From: Botryllus schlosseri | Lineage: Eukaryota | Length of the DNA: 64,000 nucleotides | Direction: 5' to 3' | NCBI GenBank assembly: GCA_051294905.1 | Contig: CM119372.1 | Coordinates: forward strand, 1,302,001-1,366,000 | Shown: positions 51,001 through 64,000 of the stretch, piece after piece | Layout of the letters: the number at the start of each line of letters is the position of its first letter | How positions within the stretch are numbered: the stretch's first letter is position 1 | The notes under the pieces: model-generated | The model's database searches: none | What the model saw: only the letters and a program-made list of their open reading frames with translations | Told to the model about the DNA's origin: nothing | Position numbers and translations under genes: made by a program

Positions 51001-54000
51001 TTACTGCTGATAAATGAGTAATTGACTTTAGTCGATATTCTCGTACTACGAAACTGAAGAATGAATAGACGCGTTTTCGTACTATAGAATGATATCGTTT
51101 CTACAAAACGTTTTTTGATATCAAAATTACTTTTTTACATGAATGGTCACGTATCTTAATATTCAAATAACCCAACACAGAACTAGTATTACAAGAATAT
51201 CATAGTTCTTGTACCAAAGTTGTACGTGCACAATATATGTTTAAGGTAAGTCCTACACATTCATGATTTCGTCCGAGTTTGTATTTTAGTAAATATTATA
51301 CCGACATCGCATCAGCGTAAACATTCAATTACGAATTTGGGAGAAAGTAGGCTACACTCAATTTCGTAAGATAGATATATGAATCTTATAAAGTAGATAG
51401 AAAAGGAAAACTATTAACATAAGGTAAGCGCGAAGTAGCCTACGTAATTTTCGATTTCAAACAAATACCACAAACTGTGTTAGTTGTACTTCTTCAGAGT
51501 ACTCAATTAAGTTTTAAGCTATATGCAACAAATATAAAGGAAAACTATTAACATAAGGTAAGCGCGAAGTACGTAAATTTCGATGTCATACAAATATCAC
51601 AAACTGTGATAGTTGTACTTCTTCAGAGTACTCAATTAGGTTTTTAACTGTATGCAACAAATACTCTCCAGTGCTCATGATATTGCCCTGCTTCAACTCC
51701 ATGCTAGTTACAGTATTAATCACTGCGTTAACCGAATTCCAAACATAGAAATGTTATGTCGCCGCGAAATCATCGTCGAGGCTACTCAAGGGTTAAATTA
51801 CACTCAAAAGCTAATCAAGTAGCACGCAATAGCTTAACTAGTAGAATAGTCACCTATATGATCTTCCTTCACTATTATGCAACTAATGCAATCGCAACTA
51901 CTAGATGTTTGCACAGTGCTCTATATAGCTATAATTCAATTTTGAATGATAAAACGCATATTACCGCCACAGCACCGCTATTGAATATTGGTGATTTATT
52001 CTCATAATATTGAAAATTTGCTTGATATTGTGAATTATACTGTGTCGGCAACGCGTAGAGCTCCCTTGAGATACTGGCACGCTTTCTCGATATTTACTAA
52101 TCGTTCAGAACAACGCATAGACCTCCCTTGAGATCCTCACACACTTTCTCGATATCAGAATCCCTTTTTTGATTTGTTATGTAAAAGCATCATCAGTTTC
52201 GCATACATGAGCTCATATGATTCCAAATAAACGAAAATTATTTTTTATTAATCATTGAAATCATGTAGATTAAAAACAGTGATCGTCTTTTGTATAAACT
52301 AATTCATCGACAAAACAAGATAATCGATAATTTAACTAAAAAATCAATAAGATATTCACACGAAACTATCGTCAGTTCTCCAAGAGTAAATATCGTGTTC
52401 TACAAGTGTTAAGTTATTGTATTATGTAGCTAGTAATTGGTGCACGTAATCTCGGGATCGAACCAACGTGTGTTAACTTGCGTTATTATGTACCTAGTAA
52501 TTGGTGCGAGTAATGCCGCAACTGCTGTTGCTCAATGCATTTACCATGTTCGTACCAAGCATCTTAATAAGGATAGACAGCCCCAAGCAAATAATGTAAG
52601 TATGTATGTATGAATGATGGGTCTTATGATGCTTAACGATAGGAGCTGGTCTTCTATTCTATATTCCGAAATAATCAAGTTGTGGTTTACCAACACCTCG
52701 CCTCATAGAAACTTTAGTAGAATCACTTATAACTCCTCACGTTCACTCAAGTAAATCTAATTTGATACTCGAGTACTGAACCTTAATTTTCCAGCAGTGT
52801 GATAGACGCCGTCAAATGGTACTCAACATTGCATAATTCTGCTCGAATACAAGTAAAAGTACAGATTTCAAAGTAAGTAAGTAAGTAAGTAGGTAAGTAA
52901 GTGAGCAACTGGTTATGTTTGTAGACTATATCTCCACTTCTACCGTTCAGAGATGTTGAGCAGAGAAGTACATGTATTTCTTCAAAGTAGTCAAGTAGGT
53001 TTTTGCCTATATGCACCAACTACTCAAGTGTTTATTATATAGGCCTGTTTCGAATTCAAGACCGTTTCAGTATTAAACAAAAATGAACCTTGAATACTAA
53101 CATTTTATAATGTGACATTTTATATGCATAAACGAAGAAACGTCACTTTTACAGTGGTTCGGTATGATTTCTATATTATTCCACTCGCGTTATTGGACTG
53201 CGATGTGACGCTGAGCTATATCTCGATGCTTGGGCTTCCGCATTAATTTTTGTCGATTTATTCTGCCTTATGTAGATTTAACATAAGGAAGGTTATTTAA
53301 CTCATAAGATTTGAAATACGTATTTGCTCGAGTTAAAGCCATAACGCTTGGAGTAAAATTTTACGTGGTTTTCGTTAATATCCAACTGGGCTAATTTCGA
53401 AATGTAAATTGAAAAACTCAAATATCGCATAGTAGGACTTCGCAAATTTTCGATGTATTTTTGCTATTTTTTCATATTGATAAGTCATTCGGGACGGTGA
53501 AATGCATTATAGGAAATAGATGAAACTGGTACAATTCATCAAGACCCCTTAAAAAAGTACATTACATTTCAACATTTTATTAGCAGGTAGTCGAAATACC
53601 ACAAACTGTGCTAACCTTCGGAGTTGTTAAGTAAAGAAGTACTCGTACTTCTTCGGAGTACCCAAGTAGGTTTTTCGCCTACATGCACCAAATACTCTCA
53701 AGTCCTTATGATATTGGAGTGCTTCAACTTAATGATAGTTATAGTATTGAGCAGAAATATACCTGGAGTACTAACGTTTTATTTACTCGGAAATGACTAC
53801 TTCTATCTTATTTTAAAGGATTCCTCGCTCGACGCGAAATTTTATTAGGTTTTGAATAATATCCAACATTTAGGTTCACTTTGAAGGCTACTTCGTAAAA
53901 CTCAAATATTGCACAGTGAGAGTTCGCAAATTCTCGATGTATTTTTTGGTATTTTTATTGCGGTAAGTCATTCTGCAGCGCGAAAATGCATCGTAGGATA

Positions 54001-56007
54001 TAGATGAAACTGATACCGCTCACCAAGACCACTGGACCACTGAAAAAAGTACATTTCAACATTTTAGTAGCAGTAAATTCCTAGTAAAGTACAAGAAGTG
54101 ATGATTTCCGAGTGAGTTAAAAAGTAAGTATTGAAGGTATAGTTTGGTTGAAAACCCAAAACTCTGAAATAGAAGTAGATGCAGTGTAAAAAGTTAATCA
54201 CTTGATTAAGTATAGCGCAAGCAGACCAAACCTATACTTGAGTACTCTAAAATGTACAAGTACTTCGCTATGGACTCCCTCCATGTCAAAAGTGACTAGG
54301 TTTTAGACTACTTTATCGGTACTTGACAGTTTCAGTTTTAGATAAAATTTGGAATAAAAACTAGCTCATTCACCCACTTGGAAATCTCTTCTTTAATCTG
54401 TACTTGAGCGTAGCAAGTAAATCTCATATATTAATAATTCTACACGTACACTTGACCATATTTTATGACTTACAAAATTACTTTTCACTATATTTGAAGT
54501 CAAGTCTGTCAAATAGCACTATATGTTACGATGAGCTTATATTCGTTCTGTTTGATCATCTTGACTAACAATATTCACTCGGTGAGCAATTCAGTGATAA
54601 CCTTGGGACTTGGAACAGTGTTATATGACATCATAGCGATACGAGGTTACGACAGTTTATAATTAGCTACCTTACGACACCAAATTTCGTTAGTTCATCT
54701 CCACCTTCAAATATCGTGTTATACAAATATTGTGTATACGGAACAAATACATATATGGCTATGTTGTTGCAATCTTCAAAAAAGTACCTCCCTCAGTAAG
54801 CAATTTCTCGTAGGCTATGCATACAAATGAGGACTGTTACATCAACGAGTGGTAACTTGTTGTATTATGTAGCTAGTAATTAGTGCAAGTAAGTCCGCAA
54901 CTACTGTTCAGGACCTTTTCTGCGTTTTTGCCAAGCATCCTCGTAAGGACAGACAGTCCCAATCAGCTAATGCAAGTGTGTATGTATGTATGAGGGGTCT
55001 TATGCAGGTTGACGAATGAAGTTGATCGTCTATTCTATTCCGAAATAATCAAGTTAGTGGTTTTTAACAGGACCTCACCTCATAGAAACTTCAGTAGAAT
55101 AACTTATAACTCCTCACGTTTACTCAAGTAAATCTAATTTGATAATCAAGTACTGAATCTTAATTTTCAAACGACTTCAAATTTAACTCTTACTTATGAG
55201 ATTAAATATAATAACTTTTCACGTTGCAGTGTATTTTACAGCATGAGCCAAGTGATTTCATAATTAATACAAGATAATTAAATGAATTTCTAGAGTATTA
55301 TAAGATATTCGTGTCATACTCCTTCGTATATCATAAAAGAATACCTACTGCAGTCGATTTGTAATTATTTGCGCTGTGTTTGATTAACTCAATCATGTTG
55401 CAGTGTTTTTTAATAACGAAACACTTTTACAGCATAAACCAAATAATTTCATAATAAACACAAGCTAATTGAATGAATTTACTGAAATGTAGTATGCCGC
55501 GCTGATAAGATTAATTATAATAAACTTATCGTGCTACAGTGATTTTTCAATAACGAAACTCTTTTACAGCACAACCTAAGAAATTTCATAATAAGCATAA
55601 AATACCCGGTGTCGTTGATTTGGTACTTATTTGCGGTCGATCTTATTTATATCCAATTGAGTCGTAGTTTGGTGATTGAGCCCATAAGGAATTTTCACTT
55701 CATCATGATCCGTAAGTACTAATTGATGGTACATCCTCTTTTCAGCTTGAAGATGTGAACTATAAAATGTTGTATGCCGCGCTGATGAGATTAATTATAA
55801 CATACTTTTCATGTTACAGTGATTTTTCAATAACTAAACTCATTTACAGCATAAGCAGAGTAATTTCATAAGAAACATAAAATACCTGCTGTCGATGATG
55901 TGCACTAATTTGCGGCGTGTTCAATTAACTCATGCGGCTCTGAAATATAGTAAGCAGGGCGATGCGTATTCGTTGAGTTGAATAAACATAAAAAATATTT
56001 CCGCGCC
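48058..56007 (+). repeat. Left arm of the giant inverted repeat
   Basis: Position x pairs with 112058-x; mirrored ORF pairs (49922/62136, 50082/61976, 51756/60302, 52783/59275, 53624/58434). Confidence 0.98.
48188..48762 (+). repeat. Subterminal modular repeat array rich in TTACGTCA (mirror at 63296-63870)
   Basis: 183-bp direct repeat 48324-48506 / 48580-48762 plus shorter AGTTCCAGTCCA(G/A)TAAC(G/A)CTGAGA modules. Confidence 0.9.
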
Positions 56008-56049
56008 CTCCTAAACCTAATTCGTCCTAACCCTACAACCTAATGCTGA

Positions 56050-59000
56050 GGCGCGGAAATATTTTTTTATGTTTATTCAACTCAACGAATACGCATCGCC
56101 CTGCTTACTATATTTCAGAGCCGCATGAGTTAATTGAACACGCCGCAAATTAGTGCACATCATCGACAGCAGGTATTTTATGTTTCTTATGAAATTACTC
56201 TGCTTATGCTGTAAATGAGTTTAGTTATTGAAAAATCACTGTAACATGAAAAGTATGTTATAATTAATCTCATCAGCGCGGCATACAACATTTTATAGTT
56301 CACATCTTCAAGCTGAAAAGAGGATGTACCATCAATTAGTACTTACGGATCATGATGAAGTGAAAATTCCTTATGGGCTCAATCACCAAACTACGACTCA
56401 ATTGGATATAAATAAGATCGACCGCAAATAAGTACCAAATCAACGACACCGGGTATTTTATGCTTATTATGAAATTTCTTAGGTTGTGCTGTAAAAGAGT
56501 TTCGTTATTGAAAAATCACTGTAGCACGATAAGTTTATTATAATTAATCTTATCAGCGCGGCATACTACATTTCAGTAAATTCATTCAATTAGCTTGTGT
56601 TTATTATGAAATTATTTGGTTTATGCTGTAAAAGTGTTTCGTTATTAAAAAACACTGCAACATGATTGAGTTAATCAAACACAGCGCAAATAATTACAAA
56701 TCGACTGCAGTAGGTATTCTTTTATGATATACGAAGGAGTATGACACGAATATCTTATAATACTCTAGAAATTCATTTAATTATCTTGTATTAATTATGA
56801 AATCACTTGGCTCATGCTGTAAAATACACTGCAACGTGAAAAGTTATTATATTTAATCTCATAAGTAAGAGTTAAATTTGAAGTCGTTTGAAAATTAAGA
56901 TTCAGTATTTGATTATCAAATTAGATTTACTTGAGTAAACGTGAGGAGTTATAAGTTATTCTACTGAAGTTTCTATGAGGTGAGGTCCTGTTAAAAACCA
57001 CTAACTTGATTATTTCGGAATAGAATAGACGATCAACTTCATTCGTCAACCTGCATAAGACCCCTCATACATACATACACACTTGCATTAGCTGATTGGG
57101 ACTGTCTGTCCTTACGAGGATGCTTGGCAAAAACGCGGAAAAGGTCCTGAACAGTAGTTGCGGACTTACTTGCACTAATTACTAGCTACATAATACAACA
57201 AGTTACCACTCGTTGATGTAACAGTCCTCATTTGTATGCATAGCCTACGAGAAATTGCTTACTGAGGGAGGTACTTTTTTGAAGATTGCAACAACATAGC
57301 CATATATGTATTTGTTCCGTATACACAATATTTGTATAACACGATATTTGAAGGTGGAGATGAACTAACGAAATTTGGTGTCGTAAGGTAGCTAATTATA
57401 AACTGTCGTAACCTCGTATCGCTATGATGTCATATAACACTGTTCCAAGTCCCAAGGTCATCACTGAATTGCTCACCGAGTGAATATTGTTAGTCAAGAT
57501 GATCAAACAGAACGAATATAAGCTCATCGTAACATATAGTGCTATTTGACAGACTTGACTTCAAATATAGTGAAAAGTAATTTTGTAAGTCATAAAATAT
57601 GGTCAAGTGTACGTGTAGAATTATTAATATATGAGATTTACTTGCTACGCTCAAGTACAGATTAAAGAAGAGATTTCCAAGTGGGTGAATGAGCTAGTTT
57701 TTATTCCAAATTTTATCTAAAACTGAAACTGTCAAGTACCGATAAAGTAGTCTAAAACCTAGTCACTTTTGACATGGAGGGAGTCCATAGCGAAGTACTT
57801 GTACATTTTAGAGTACTCAAGTATAGGTTTGGTCTGCTTGCGCTATACTTAATCAAGTGATTAACTTTTTACACTGCATCTACTTCTATTTCAGAGTTTT
57901 GGGTTTTCAACCAAACTATACCTTCAATACTTACTTTTTAACTCACTCGGAAATCATCACTTCTTGTACTTTACTAGGAATTTACTGCTACTAAAATGTT
58001 GAAATGTACTTTTTTCAGTGGTCCAGTGGTCTTGGTGAGCGGTATCAGTTTCATCTATATCCTACGATGCATTTTCGCGCTGCAGAATGACTTACCGCAA
58101 TAAAAATACCAAAAAATACATCGAGAATTTGCGAACTCTCACTGTGCAATATTTGAGTTTTACGAAGTAGCCTTCAAAGTGAACCTAAATGTTGGATATT
58201 ATTCAAAACCTAATAAAATTTCGCGTCGAGCGAGGAATCCTTTAAAATAAGATAGAAGTAGTCATTTCCGAGTAAATAAAACGTTAGTACTCCAGGTATA
58301 TTTCTGCTCAATACTATAACTATCATTAAGTTGAAGCACTCCAATATCATAAGGACTTGAGAGTATTTGGTGCATGTAGGCGAAAAACCTACTTGGGTAC
58401 TCCGAAGAAGTACGAGTACTTCTTTACTTAACAACTCCGAAGGTTAGCACAGTTTGTGGTATTTCGACTACCTGCTAATAAAATGTTGAAATGTAATGTA
58501 CTTTTTTAAGGGGTCTTGATGAATTGTACCAGTTTCATCTATTTCCTATAATGCATTTCACCGTCCCGAATGACTTATCAATATGAAAAAATAGCAAAAA
58601 TACATCGAAAATTTGCGAAGTCCTACTATGCGATATTTGAGTTTTTCAATTTACATTTCGAAATTAGCCCAGTTGGATATTAACGAAAACCACGTAAAAT
58701 TTTACTCCAAGCGTTATGGCTTTAACTCGAGCAAATACGTATTTCAAATCTTATGAGTTAAATAACCTTCCTTATGTTAAATCTACATAAGGCAGAATAA
58801 ATCGACAAAAATTAATGCGGAAGCCCAAGCATCGAGATATAGCTCAGCGTCACATCGCAGTCCAATAACGCGAGTGGAATAATATAGAAATCATACCGAA
58901 CCACTGTAAAAGTGACGTTTCTTCGTTTATGCATATAAAATGTCACATTATAAAATGTTAGTATTCAAGGTTCATTTTTGTTTAATACTGAAACGGTCTT

Positions 59001-62000
59001 GAATTCGAAACAGGCCTATATAATAAACACTTGAGTAGTTGGTGCATATAGGCAAAAACCTACTTGACTACTTTGAAGAAATACATGTACTTCTCTGCTC
59101 AACATCTCTGAACGGTAGAAGTGGAGATATAGTCTACAAACATAACCAGTTGCTCACTTACTTACCTACTTACTTACTTACTTACTTTGAAATCTGTACT
59201 TTTACTTGTATTCGAGCAGAATTATGCAATGTTGAGTACCATTTGACGGCGTCTATCACACTGCTGGAAAATTAAGGTTCAGTACTCGAGTATCAAATTA
59301 GATTTACTTGAGTGAACGTGAGGAGTTATAAGTGATTCTACTAAAGTTTCTATGAGGCGAGGTGTTGGTAAACCACAACTTGATTATTTCGGAATATAGA
59401 ATAGAAGACCAGCTCCTATCGTTAAGCATCATAAGACCCATCATTCATACATACATACTTACATTATTTGCTTGGGGCTGTCTATCCTTATTAAGATGCT
59501 TGGTACGAACATGGTAAATGCATTGAGCAACAGCAGTTGCGGCATTACTCGCACCAATTACTAGGTACATAATAACGCAAGTTAACACACGTTGGTTCGA
59601 TCCCGAGATTACGTGCACCAATTACTAGCTACATAATACAATAACTTAACACTTGTAGAACACGATATTTACTCTTGGAGAACTGACGATAGTTTCGTGT
59701 GAATATCTTATTGATTTTTTAGTTAAATTATCGATTATCTTGTTTTGTCGATGAATTAGTTTATACAAAAGACGATCACTGTTTTTAATCTACATGATTT
59801 CAATGATTAATAAAAAATAATTTTCGTTTATTTGGAATCATATGAGCTCATGTATGCGAAACTGATGATGCTTTTACATAACAAATCAAAAAAGGGATTC
59901 TGATATCGAGAAAGTGTGTGAGGATCTCAAGGGAGGTCTATGCGTTGTTCTGAACGATTAGTAAATATCGAGAAAGCGTGCCAGTATCTCAAGGGAGCTC
60001 TACGCGTTGCCGACACAGTATAATTCACAATATCAAGCAAATTTTCAATATTATGAGAATAAATCACCAATATTCAATAGCGGTGCTGTGGCGGTAATAT
60101 GCGTTTTATCATTCAAAATTGAATTATAGCTATATAGAGCACTGTGCAAACATCTAGTAGTTGCGATTGCATTAGTTGCATAATAGTGAAGGAAGATCAT
60201 ATAGGTGACTATTCTACTAGTTAAGCTATTGCGTGCTACTTGATTAGCTTTTGAGTGTAATTTAACCCTTGAGTAGCCTCGACGATGATTTCGCGGCGAC
60301 ATAACATTTCTATGTTTGGAATTCGGTTAACGCAGTGATTAATACTGTAACTAGCATGGAGTTGAAGCAGGGCAATATCATGAGCACTGGAGAGTATTTG
60401 TTGCATACAGTTAAAAACCTAATTGAGTACTCTGAAGAAGTACAACTATCACAGTTTGTGATATTTGTATGACATCGAAATTTACGTACTTCGCGCTTAC
60501 CTTATGTTAATAGTTTTCCTTTATATTTGTTGCATATAGCTTAAAACTTAATTGAGTACTCTGAAGAAGTACAACTAACACAGTTTGTGGTATTTGTTTG
60601 AAATCGAAAATTACGTAGGCTACTTCGCGCTTACCTTATGTTAATAGTTTTCCTTTTCTATCTACTTTATAAGATTCATATATCTATCTTACGAAATTGA
60701 GTGTAGCCTACTTTCTCCCAAATTCGTAATTGAATGTTTACGCTGATGCGATGTCGGTATAATATTTTCTAAAATACAAACTCGGACGAAATCATGAATG
60801 TGTAGGACTTACCTTAAACATATATTGTGCACGTACAACTTTGGTACAAGAACTATGATATTCTTGTAATACTAGTTCTGTGTTGGGTTATTTGAATATT
60901 AAGATACGTGACCATTCATGTAAAAAAGTAATTTTGATATCAAAAAACGTTTTGTAGAAACGATATCATTCTATAGTACGAAAACGCGTCTATTCATTCT
61001 TCAGTTTCGTAGTACGAGAATATCGACTAAAGTCAATTACTCATTTATCAGCAGTAAATTTCTAGTAAAGTACAAGAAGTGATGATCGTACCTATTGCGA
61101 TATCAACTCTCCGCATTTTGTTGTATTTAGGACTATTGCACAAGCTATCTCTAATATGCTGCAATATAGACAGGTTCGGACTTGTCTAGGGTATTCACTT
61201 CCCATCAAGCAGCTTTTAAAGACGGATGAGCTTTCCTGAGTAAGGCATAGATGTCCCTAGAGAACCAAGCTAACTTCGCTTCTATTCTGTTTACATTGTT
61301 TGCAAAGCACGGTATTTTGTTATTTCATGAGACTTCAGTGGTTCTAGAATACTAAATTAATGAGAGTTGAATAAACCGTCAATTAATTTAGCATAAAGTA
61401 TATGATATTCATAATATTTAAAGTTTACGTCGTTGAACAACCCTGATATGATCATATAGCGAAAGTATTGCTCCAAATAGCGGTAATATCTCCCAAGCAT
61501 AAAAATAACGTGATCGAAATGTCCGTTTTATTGCAAATTTATCTCTAAACGGAATGAGCTGTGGCTTGTCACATTCGAATTACTGAGCGGAATTGACATA
61601 GAACTATTAAGTAAAGCTGAAACATCTTCACTGCAGTTATCATTCCCTTGAGACTACTAGTTATAGCAGAGGCGGGCAAACTGCGATTCACGATTGTAGC
61701 ACTTTAATGATTTCATGTGCGTTTCGCCATTTTCTTCCCTGAATATATATTAATGCATTTATAGCGTAATAGCAATACGCGAATGGTGGCAGTGGTCCTA
61801 TAGGGTTCAAAATTAGCAATTGAACTCTCGAATTGAACCTGATCATCAATCAATGACAAATCATTGTGCTCAACGCTATTTTTTGTGTGGTTCACATATT
61901 CACAACCTTTACTGATCCACAAAGCACTTACATTAGTCTTCAAACCTTCGCTGAACCACAAATTTTTGCTAGTCATAAAACAAAAAATCTGGCAAAATAT

Positions 62001-64000
62001 ACATTTAACTACACATCTAATACTTTACTATAGTACAGGGGTGGGCAGAGCTATTTTATGCGCGAGTCGCATATCAAAAATCTTATCCTTGAAAGAACCA
62101 CAGCACAAAAAATCCATGATAAGCGCGCGTAATTAATTTTACCTTATCGTTGGATGAACATTCTTGGTAAAGACATAGATGTCCCCAGGAATCAAGCTAA
62201 CTTCGCTTCTATTCTTTTACATTGTTTGCAAAGCACGCTCGAATTCTAATCTAGTTCTGTTCAACCTGTTTCAGTTACGCACGCTTTTCAGATACACTGC
62301 GAGCTTCGTGGATTTTGATCTCTAGGCGTTGATCTGTAGTGAGTTTCTTATCATTGTGAAATTAGCAATTATCTCGTGATGTTAATGAAAATAATCAGCT
62401 TACGTTGTTATATGCACCAAACATGATTTAAATATGTTTAAAATATTCCATTTATCAAGTATTATTACTTTGGTTCTATAACTTTGGAATAATAATGATT
62501 AATAATATTTCTTTCATTATTCATTGAAATCATTGTAGCTTATAACGGTGAACATCTTTTGTACAACAAGCTCCAAGTTTAATTAGAATTAGCGCTACAC
62601 AAAATTCAAACACCTTGCCACCTCATGAAGGTGTATCCTATCAATACACAATAATAAACTTCATTCGATAGTCAACATTTCATTGTGACAACAGCTGTGC
62701 TCTTCAGAGAATTAACTCAATACATTCTTGGTTAATGGATAGTGTCGCAGTACCTTACCGTATGCACTACAAAATGCTATCATTTTACACTAAATGAGAC
62801 ACAAACTAAAGTAATAATATCAAAAATTGCCTGGTATTATGAATATCTTATGATTTTGCGTGAAATTAGCCATTTTCATGTGTTGTTATTGTTTCACTAC
62901 CACTGATTATTTTAATAATATTGTTGTTTTCTGAATATCCTATTAATTATTTAGTTAATTTATCAATTATCTTGTGTTGTTAATGAAAATAATTAGCTTA
63001 CGCTGTTATAAGAACCAAAACATGATTTGAATCTTTTAAAATATTTCATTCTAACTTAGGAATAATAATTAATAATAATATTTTTCCAATATTCATTGAA
63101 ATCATTGTGGCTTGTAACGGTGAACATATTTTTTTTTAATAATATTGTTGCTTTGTGAATATCTATTTGATTTTTTCGTTTCCAAAGTTAGAACCAAAGT
63201 AATAATATTTATTTAAATAATTTTTATTAATCATTAAAATCATGAAAATGTTTACAAGCGAGTGGTGATGACGCGATAAATTAGCGGGCGGGCGGTAACG
63301 TAAATATTTCTCAGTGTTATTGGACTGGAACTAGACGCAATCATGACGTAATCATATCTCAGCATTACTGAAACTAAGCAAAGCCGCTCTAGTAATAACT
63401 AAAGTAATCAACTACGCTTGTGACGTAATCATGAATATGGTGCAATACGCAATCATAACGAAGGTAATCAACTTACGCATCTCAGCGTTACTAAAGTAAT
63501 CAACTACGCATATGACGTAATCATGAACATGCTTCAACTACACAATCATATTAACGTAAATATTTCTCAGTGTTATTGGACTGGAACTAGACGCAATCAT
63601 GACGTAATCATATCTCAGCATTACTGGAACTAAGCAAAGCCGCTCTAGTAATAACTAAAGTAATCAACTACGCTTGTGACGTAATCATGAATATGGTGCA
63701 ATACGCAATCATAATGAAGGTAATCAACTTACGCCATGACGTAATAAATATCTCAGCGTTACTGGACTGGAACTATACACGTAATCATGAACATGCTGCA
63801 ATACGCAATCATAGGTTATCAACTTACTCAATGACGTAATAAATATCTCAGCGTTACTGGACTGGAACTATGCCATCTCTCACACAACCAAAACCTCTCT
63901 CGTATTGGAACCACACCCACATCGTTCTGCGTTCTAATTGGCTAACAGATGTCACGTGATCAAATACTCAACGGTGATTGGGGCGCGTATAAACCCTGTG
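56050..64000 (-). repeat. Right arm of the giant inverted repeat
   Basis: Reverse complement of 48058-56007; only 4 substitutions and one 1-nt indel noticed by eye. Confidence 0.98.

Larger units (their letters stand above)
48046..64000. mobile_element. Giant palindromic non-coding element with Polinton/Maverick-like terminus (runs off the window end)
   Basis: Starts AGTAGTATTATACACAGGG at 48046; subterminal repeat array; fully inverted-duplicated; no ORF over 90 aa. Confidence 0.6.

Noticed and set aside
49922..62136. Five mirrored ORF pairs (74-90 aa) in the palindrome as viral genes
   Set aside because: Short, AT-rich, no recognisable motifs, several overlap host repeat fragments; identical only because of the inversion

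Overview
AT-rich, intron-rich animal (probably invertebrate) genomic DNA; the host taxon cannot be fixed from sequence alone. From left to right: (1) the 3' end of an intact-looking Ty3/Gypsy LTR retrotransposon (RNase H-integrase, PPT, LTR); (2) a tandem cluster of three spliced type-I membrane receptor modules, two with Ser/Thr-rich stalks, each with one TM helix and a tail carrying ITIM/ITSM-type tyrosine motifs (3.4-22.4 kb); (3) a possible decayed TNF-like gene (26.8-32.9 kb); (4) a complete 10-exon G-protein alpha subunit of the rare Gv class on the minus strand (35178-41835); (5) many DNA transposons/MITEs (hAT, Kolobok-like, pogo-like, MULE-like) and tRNA-derived SINEs. The most striking feature is a non-coding, near-perfect palindrome of at least 15.9 kb (48058-64000, arms about 7.95 kb, short telomere-like loop at about 56008-56049). 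It begins with a Polinton/Maverick-type AGTAGT terminus and CRE-rich subterminal repeats, which suggests a fold-back (snap-back) non-autonomous Polinton derivative; an assembly artefact must be excluded. All exon models were read by eye from GT-AG sites and frame continuity.
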